Assembly (NCBI GenBank): GCA_040904565.1
Contig: JBBDTI010000070.1
Location: 1-19,007 of the forward strand
Reading direction: 5' to 3'
DNA length: 19,007 nt
Origin: Rhodothermales bacterium
Lineage (GTDB): Bacteria; Bacteroidota; Rhodothermia; Rhodothermales; VXPQ01
The notes below the pieces were generated by a model. It was not told the DNA's origin, made no database searches, and saw only the letters and a list, made by a program, of their open reading frames with translations. A program made the position numbers and the translations under genes. This document shows, in pieces, positions 15,023 through 19,007 of the stretch (position 1 is its first letter; each line of letters starts with the position of its first letter).

Positions 15023-15049
15023 TTAAGATATGCGGGGAATAACCGATAC
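15023..15049 (+). promoter_or_regulatory. sigma28 (FliA/SigD)-like promoter upstream of the Zn-ribbon gene
   Basis: TTAAG (15023-15027), 14 nt, ACCGATAC (15042-15049). Same architecture as 4037-4063, and 73 nt before ATG 15123. Confidence 0.6.
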
Positions 15050-15122
15050 CCGAGACGAGCCGCCTCTGCAGGCGGCGGGTCGGACGTACAATTATCCCTA
15101 ACTAAGTCTCACCCTCGGCGGC

Positions 15123-15602
15123 ATGCTAGTTCAAAACATCTACCACGACTGCATAGAGTGCGGCTATCGCCAGCGGATGTTCTCGGCATCTCCAGGCTAC
15201 GTCATCACGGCGAAAGGTACGTGTCCACGATGTGGGACCGACGTTAACGTGAAACTGGGGCTTGTGACTCCCTTTTCGGTCGACCTGGTCTCCCTTACGG
15301 ATCCCTCGTCCCCCAGTACGATATTCGCCGACCAGATTCGTCACCGGTTGACGAAGTACCTCGACGACCCGGACGTAAAGAAGCTGTCGGGCCTCCTCCC
15401 GGAGGACGAAGAGCGGGTGCCCGTGCGCCAGGCCACCATGGCAACCCTCCTCTGGCTGATTAAAGATCAGGGTCCGGGTGAATTTAGAGCTCCCAAGACC
15501 GTCGAGGTCCACTACGTCAACGCCAATTCTGCACGGGAACGTGCCGCCGTGCTCCAGCAGATTATGGTAAAATGGGCACCGGCCGAGCAGCTTGCCGGGT
15601 AG
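15123..15602 (+). CDS. Hypothetical protein with N-terminal Zn-ribbon (CxxC-x20-CxxC)
   Basis: CIECG...CPRCG knuckles. Natural-looking composition; fills the gap between the phosphatase and galK; preceded by a promoter-like motif. Confidence 0.75.
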   Translation: MLVQNIYHDCIECGYRQRMFSASPGYVITAKGTCPRCGTDVNVKLGLVTPFSVDLVSLTDPSSPSTIFADQIRHRLTKYLDDPDVKKLSGLLPEDEERVPVRQATMATLLWLIKDQGPGEFRAPKTVEVHYVNANSARERAAVLQQIMVKWAPAEQLAG

Positions 15603-15728
15603 ACGCGGCGGGTGTGTCAGCAAGACTGCGAACGCTTGCCGACTCCTGATGAACGTACGAGGCGGTTCGATTAGTATACGCGGTCGTATGCATAGGGAAA
15701 TGCGGCGACGTATCAGTCCGGCTACCGG

Positions 15729-16907
15729 TCAGAGGCGACCGGCTTGAACGTTTCGCTCGAGGACGAATACGTCAGGGCGGTATCCGTATACGGATTCATA
15801 CACGCCGGTGAGATGTTGATTCAGATCGGCCACGGACTCCGTACGGACGAGTGTAATCGTACAGCCGCCAAACCCTCCACCCGTCATGCGCGCGCCGAGC
15901 ACCCCGGGTATCTTGCCCGCCGCTTCGACCAGCGTATCGAGCTCGTCGCAGCTCACCTCAAACAGATCTCGCAGGCTCGAGTGAGACGCTTGCATCAGCC
16001 GGCCAAACCGTTCGTGGTTTCTGCCCCGGAGTGATTCGGCAGCGGCAAGGACGCGTTCGTTTTCCTCCACGACGTGTCGGGCTCGGTCGTACATGGTCGC
16101 TGGAAGGGCATCCCGGAGACGCTCGAGCATGGGCGGTTGGACGTCGCGGAGGCTCGACACGTCGGGAAAAACGAGTTGGATGGCGGATTCGGCACGCCGG
16201 CACTCCGCACGCCGCTCACCGTATTTGGATCCGGCCAGCTCTCGATGAATCCGAGTGTTCGCGATAACGAGCGAAAGTCCGGACGACGCCAGATCGATGG
16301 GCACGTACTCGTAGTCCAGCGAGCGGCAGTCGAGCAAAAGGGCCGAATTCGCTTTCCCGAGCCGCGACACGAACTGATCCATGATGCCGCACTCGACGCC
16401 GGCGTACCGATGCTCGACGCGCCGGCAGAGTCGAATCGTATCGAGGGGATCCGGCTGCAGCCCAAACAGCTCCCCCAGTGCCATCACGACGCTGACTTCG
16501 AGGGCCGCGGACGAACTCAGACCGCTACCCAGCGGTACGTTTCCATCGATGGCCATTTCAAATCCACCCGAGACGGCGGCCTCTCGTCGCACTTCTTCGA
16601 TGGCCCCGGTAACGTAGCTGGACCACGACCCCGCCTTGACCGTGGGTCGCTCGTCAAGCGTGTAGTCCATCTTCTCGTCAAACTGGCTCGCGTACAGTCT
16701 GACGGTAGCGTCGCGTCGCTTTCGAATGGCGACGTATACGGCACGGTCGATCGTCATCGGCAGTACGAATCCCTCGTTGTAGTCCGTATGATCGCCGATG
16801 AGATTGACGCGGCCCGGCGCGCGAACGATCACGACGCCGCGTCCGGAGCCGAACGTCGATGCGAACGTCGTGCGAAGGCGTCGGACGATGGTGTCGGTGC
16901 TCTCCAT
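15729..16907 (-). CDS. galK: Galactokinase
   Basis: Motifs APGRVNLIGDHTDYNEGFVLP, GHMP motif VPLGSGLSSSAA, CGIMDQ, LLLDCRSL and GARMTGGGFGGC. Confidence 0.97.
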   Translation of the reverse strand: MESTDTIVRRLRTTFASTFGSGRGVVIVRAPGRVNLIGDHTDYNEGFVLPMTIDRAVYVAIRKRRDATVRLYASQFDEKMDYTLDERPTVKAGSWSSYVTGAIEEVRREAAVSGGFEMAIDGNVPLGSGLSSSAALEVSVVMALGELFGLQPDPLDTIRLCRRVEHRYAGVECGIMDQFVSRLGKANSALLLDCRSLDYEYVPIDLASSGLSLVIANTRIHRELAGSKYGERRAECRRAESAIQLVFPDVSSLRDVQPPMLERLRDALPATMYDRARHVVEENERVLAAAESLRGRNHERFGRLMQASHSSLRDLFEVSCDELDTLVEAAGKIPGVLGARMTGGGFGGCTITLVRTESVADLNQHLTGVYESVYGYRPDVFVLERNVQAGRL

Positions 16908-16985
16908 AGAATGTGTCGCCGCGGCAGGATGAGCCGTGCAGGTGAACGATGATAGAGCGGTCTGAAAAGCTACCAGCCGATACTG

Positions 16986-18512
16986 CTACCAGAAAATGAT
17001 GTAGAGAAGTGCCGTGGCGATGACGATCGCCGTTCCGATCCACCACGCGTGGGGCGCCGTCTCCAGATCCAGGTCCGACACCGGCAGCGTCTTCGGCTCC
17101 TTCATGGGCCTGATAGCCGTCATAATACCCATGTAGGCCGCCAGGACGATAAACGTGATCATCATGTGATGCAGAAAGGCGACGTCCGGCAACGTCCACA
17201 GAAGAAGGCCGTAGATCGGGATGCCGAGGATCATCGCTCCCTTGGCCGCGATGGGCGGCGTTCGAGGCGAAAAGAGACCGAACAGGAAGGCTGCGACGAT
17301 GCCCGGGGAGATGAATCCCCAGAACATCTGAATATACTCAAAGACGCTTCCCGCCGAGCCGACGATGGGTGCCCAGAGGCATCCCACCACGACCAGAACG
17401 GCGGTCGCTACTCGTCCGACCGTCACGTAATGCTTCGGCCGGGCATCCTCCTTGCGCCAGTGACGCTTGTAGAGGTCTACCGTAAAGATGGTCGCTGCGG
17501 AATTCAGCATGGAGTCCAGGGAGCTCATTACGGCGCCGAAGAGCGCGGCAAACATGATGCCCGAGAGCCCCGCCGGCAGTATCTCGCGGATCATGACGGG
17601 ATACGCCTGATCGGCGTAGGCGACCTGCGTGGGGAAAAGCTCCGCGGCCATGATGCCCGGGAAGACGATGATGAACGGGATGAGCAACTTGAGTCCGGCT
17701 GCGAGAAAGATCCCGTTCTGGCCCTCTGCCAGACTGCGAGCACCCAGCGTTCGCTGCGTGATAAACTGGTTCAGGCCCCAGTAGAACAGATTGGGAATCC
17801 AGAGCCCCCCGACGAAGACGGCCACCCACGGCATCTCGTTGTGGTTCCACGGCAGCACCGTACTGAGCTTGCCGTCAGCAGCCTCTAGAAAGGGCTCGAT
17901 TCCTCCCATGGCCTGGAACCCGAGGATGGTAACGAGCAACCCGCCGAGCAAGAGCGCGATGCCTTGCATGAGGTCGGACCAGACGACGGCGCTGAGTCCG
18001 CCGTAGATGGTATAGACGCCTGCGGTAATCCCGATCAGCCAGATGCCCGTCACGAGATCGATGGCAAAGATCGAGTCGAGCGCGATGGCGCCGGCGTACA
18101 ACACGGAGGCCAGCGCGACGAAGATGTAGGCGAGCATCATGAATGTTGCCATGATGGACCGAGCACCGACGTCGAAACGATATTCCAGGTATTCGGGCAT
18201 CGTGAAAATGCCCGACTTTAAGAATTTAGGGAGGAAGAAGATCGCCACGAGAACGAGTGTGACGGCCGCCATCCACTCGTAGCTGGCGATGGCGAGACCG
18301 AGCTCATAGCCGCGTCCCGCCATCCCGACGAAGTGCTCGGTCGAAATGTTGGACGCGATCAGCGAGAAACCGATCAGCCACCAGGACAGATTGCGGCCTG
18401 CGAGGAAGTAATCCTCGTCGGTGTCCTCTCCCCGAGACGCATACAGCGACACACCTATGACGAGCGCCAGGAACGCGCAGAACGTGAGAATGTCGAACCA
18501 GTGCAGCGCCAT
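16986..18512 (-). CDS. Sodium:solute symporter, SGLT-like (probably galactose/glucose)
   Basis: Motifs DYFLAGRNL, SLIASNISTEHFVGMAG, YEWMAA, TMPEYLEYRF, YGGLSAVVWSD, YWGLNQFITQRTL and MSSLDSMLNS. Lies directly upstream of galK. Confidence 0.95.
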   Translation of the reverse strand: MALHWFDILTFCAFLALVIGVSLYASRGEDTDEDYFLAGRNLSWWLIGFSLIASNISTEHFVGMAGRGYELGLAIASYEWMAAVTLVLVAIFFLPKFLKSGIFTMPEYLEYRFDVGARSIMATFMMLAYIFVALASVLYAGAIALDSIFAIDLVTGIWLIGITAGVYTIYGGLSAVVWSDLMQGIALLLGGLLVTILGFQAMGGIEPFLEAADGKLSTVLPWNHNEMPWVAVFVGGLWIPNLFYWGLNQFITQRTLGARSLAEGQNGIFLAAGLKLLIPFIIVFPGIMAAELFPTQVAYADQAYPVMIREILPAGLSGIMFAALFGAVMSSLDSMLNSAATIFTVDLYKRHWRKEDARPKHYVTVGRVATAVLVVVGCLWAPIVGSAGSVFEYIQMFWGFISPGIVAAFLFGLFSPRTPPIAAKGAMILGIPIYGLLLWTLPDVAFLHHMMITFIVLAAYMGIMTAIRPMKEPKTLPVSDLDLETAPHAWWIGTAIVIATALLYIIFW

Positions 18513-18618
18513 AGGGGACGGGTGTCAGGAGCTTCGATCGTGAAATTACCATGCTGCGGGCCGACGAACAGTCCCTCGATCGGGTGTCGGGACGCAAAGG
18601 TCCGCTGAAAACCAATTG

Positions 18619-18647
18619 ATTCTAACTTCTTCGGCCCTCATTTTCAA
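18619..18647 (-). promoter_or_regulatory. Candidate sigma70 promoter for the SSS-galK operon
   Basis: Minus strand TTGAAA (18647-18642), 17 nt, TAGAAT (18624-18619): 5/6 and 5/6 to consensus. Confidence 0.6.
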
Positions 18648-18722
18648 CAATCGCTCGGGAGACTCTCTCGGGCTCGCGGCGGATTGCCTCATTGACACGA
18701 AAACACGACACGCCGACACGCT

Positions 18723-19007
18723 ATGACGTTACACGAATTCGAACGGTCGACGGACGACCGGCAGGCGCCGGATGGACTCTCCCCAGAACTTCTGGCGCTG
18801 TGGTACGAGAAGAAGGGGGACTGGCAAAAGGCGCATGAGCTGGTTCAGGATGAATCCGACCACGAATCGGCCTGGGTCCATGCCTATCTGCACCGGCGGG
18901 AGGGTGATCTCTCGAACGCGAAATACTGGTATCGCCGCTGCGGTCGGCCCGTTTGCTCGGATGAGCTCGATCGAGAATGGAGAAAGATCAGCGAGGCCCT
19001 GCTGTAA
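18723..19007 (+). CDS. Conserved hypothetical helical protein
   Basis: ALW..KGDWQKAHELVQ...AWVHAYLHRREGDLSNAKYWY is a pattern I recognise from a widespread uncharacterised small-protein family. Complete ORF ending TAA at the window end. Confidence 0.8.
   Translation: MTLHEFERSTDDRQAPDGLSPELLALWYEKKGDWQKAHELVQDESDHESAWVHAYLHRREGDLSNAKYWYRRCGRPVCSDELDREWRKISEALL

Noticed and set aside
18692-18720. TTGACA plus four ACACG repeats before the last gene
   Set aside because: No acceptable -10 at 16-18 nt spacing, and the 5-nt repeats are too short to support a function.
1-19007. tRNA/rRNA genes, IS elements, integrases, selenoprotein (in-frame TGA) candidates
   Set aside because: None seen. The redox motifs (CEYC, CPWC, SCL) are all encoded with ordinary Cys codons.

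Overview
GC-rich bacterial chromosomal window. The gene repertoire (FecR, DUF5916/CBM9 outer-membrane protein, FucP-type MFS, Zn-less ROK kinase) and several A-rich start regions without a Shine-Dalgarno suggest the FCB group, possibly Rhodothermota; this is inference. Contents in order: (1) the 3' end of a peptide-export cluster (ABC ATPase fragment, membrane protein, CxxC thioredoxin-like protein, C39 peptidase-containing ABC transporter); (2) a candidate ~70-nt sRNA between a sigma28-like promoter and an intrinsic terminator; (3) crcB/fluC plus DUF190; (4) a one-Cys OsmC-like gene preceded by an apparently complete ribosome-dependent attenuator; (5) orphan FecR, DUF5916 protein, Rrf2 regulator and DsbA/FrnE-like oxidoreductase; (6) sugar genes (MFS + ROK kinase; SSS symporter + galK), a GAF-PP2C phosphatase, a Zn-ribbon hypothetical with a second copy of the sigma28-like promoter, and a conserved hypothetical. 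The most notable unexplained element is the attenuator: a 35-aa leader peptide with 6 Cys (all TGT) and 4 Met, a 17-bp antiterminator and a mutually exclusive terminator. Next is the pair of TTAAG-N14-RCCGATAC promoters, one driving a repeat-containing sRNA. All calls come from reading the sequence; no searches were run.
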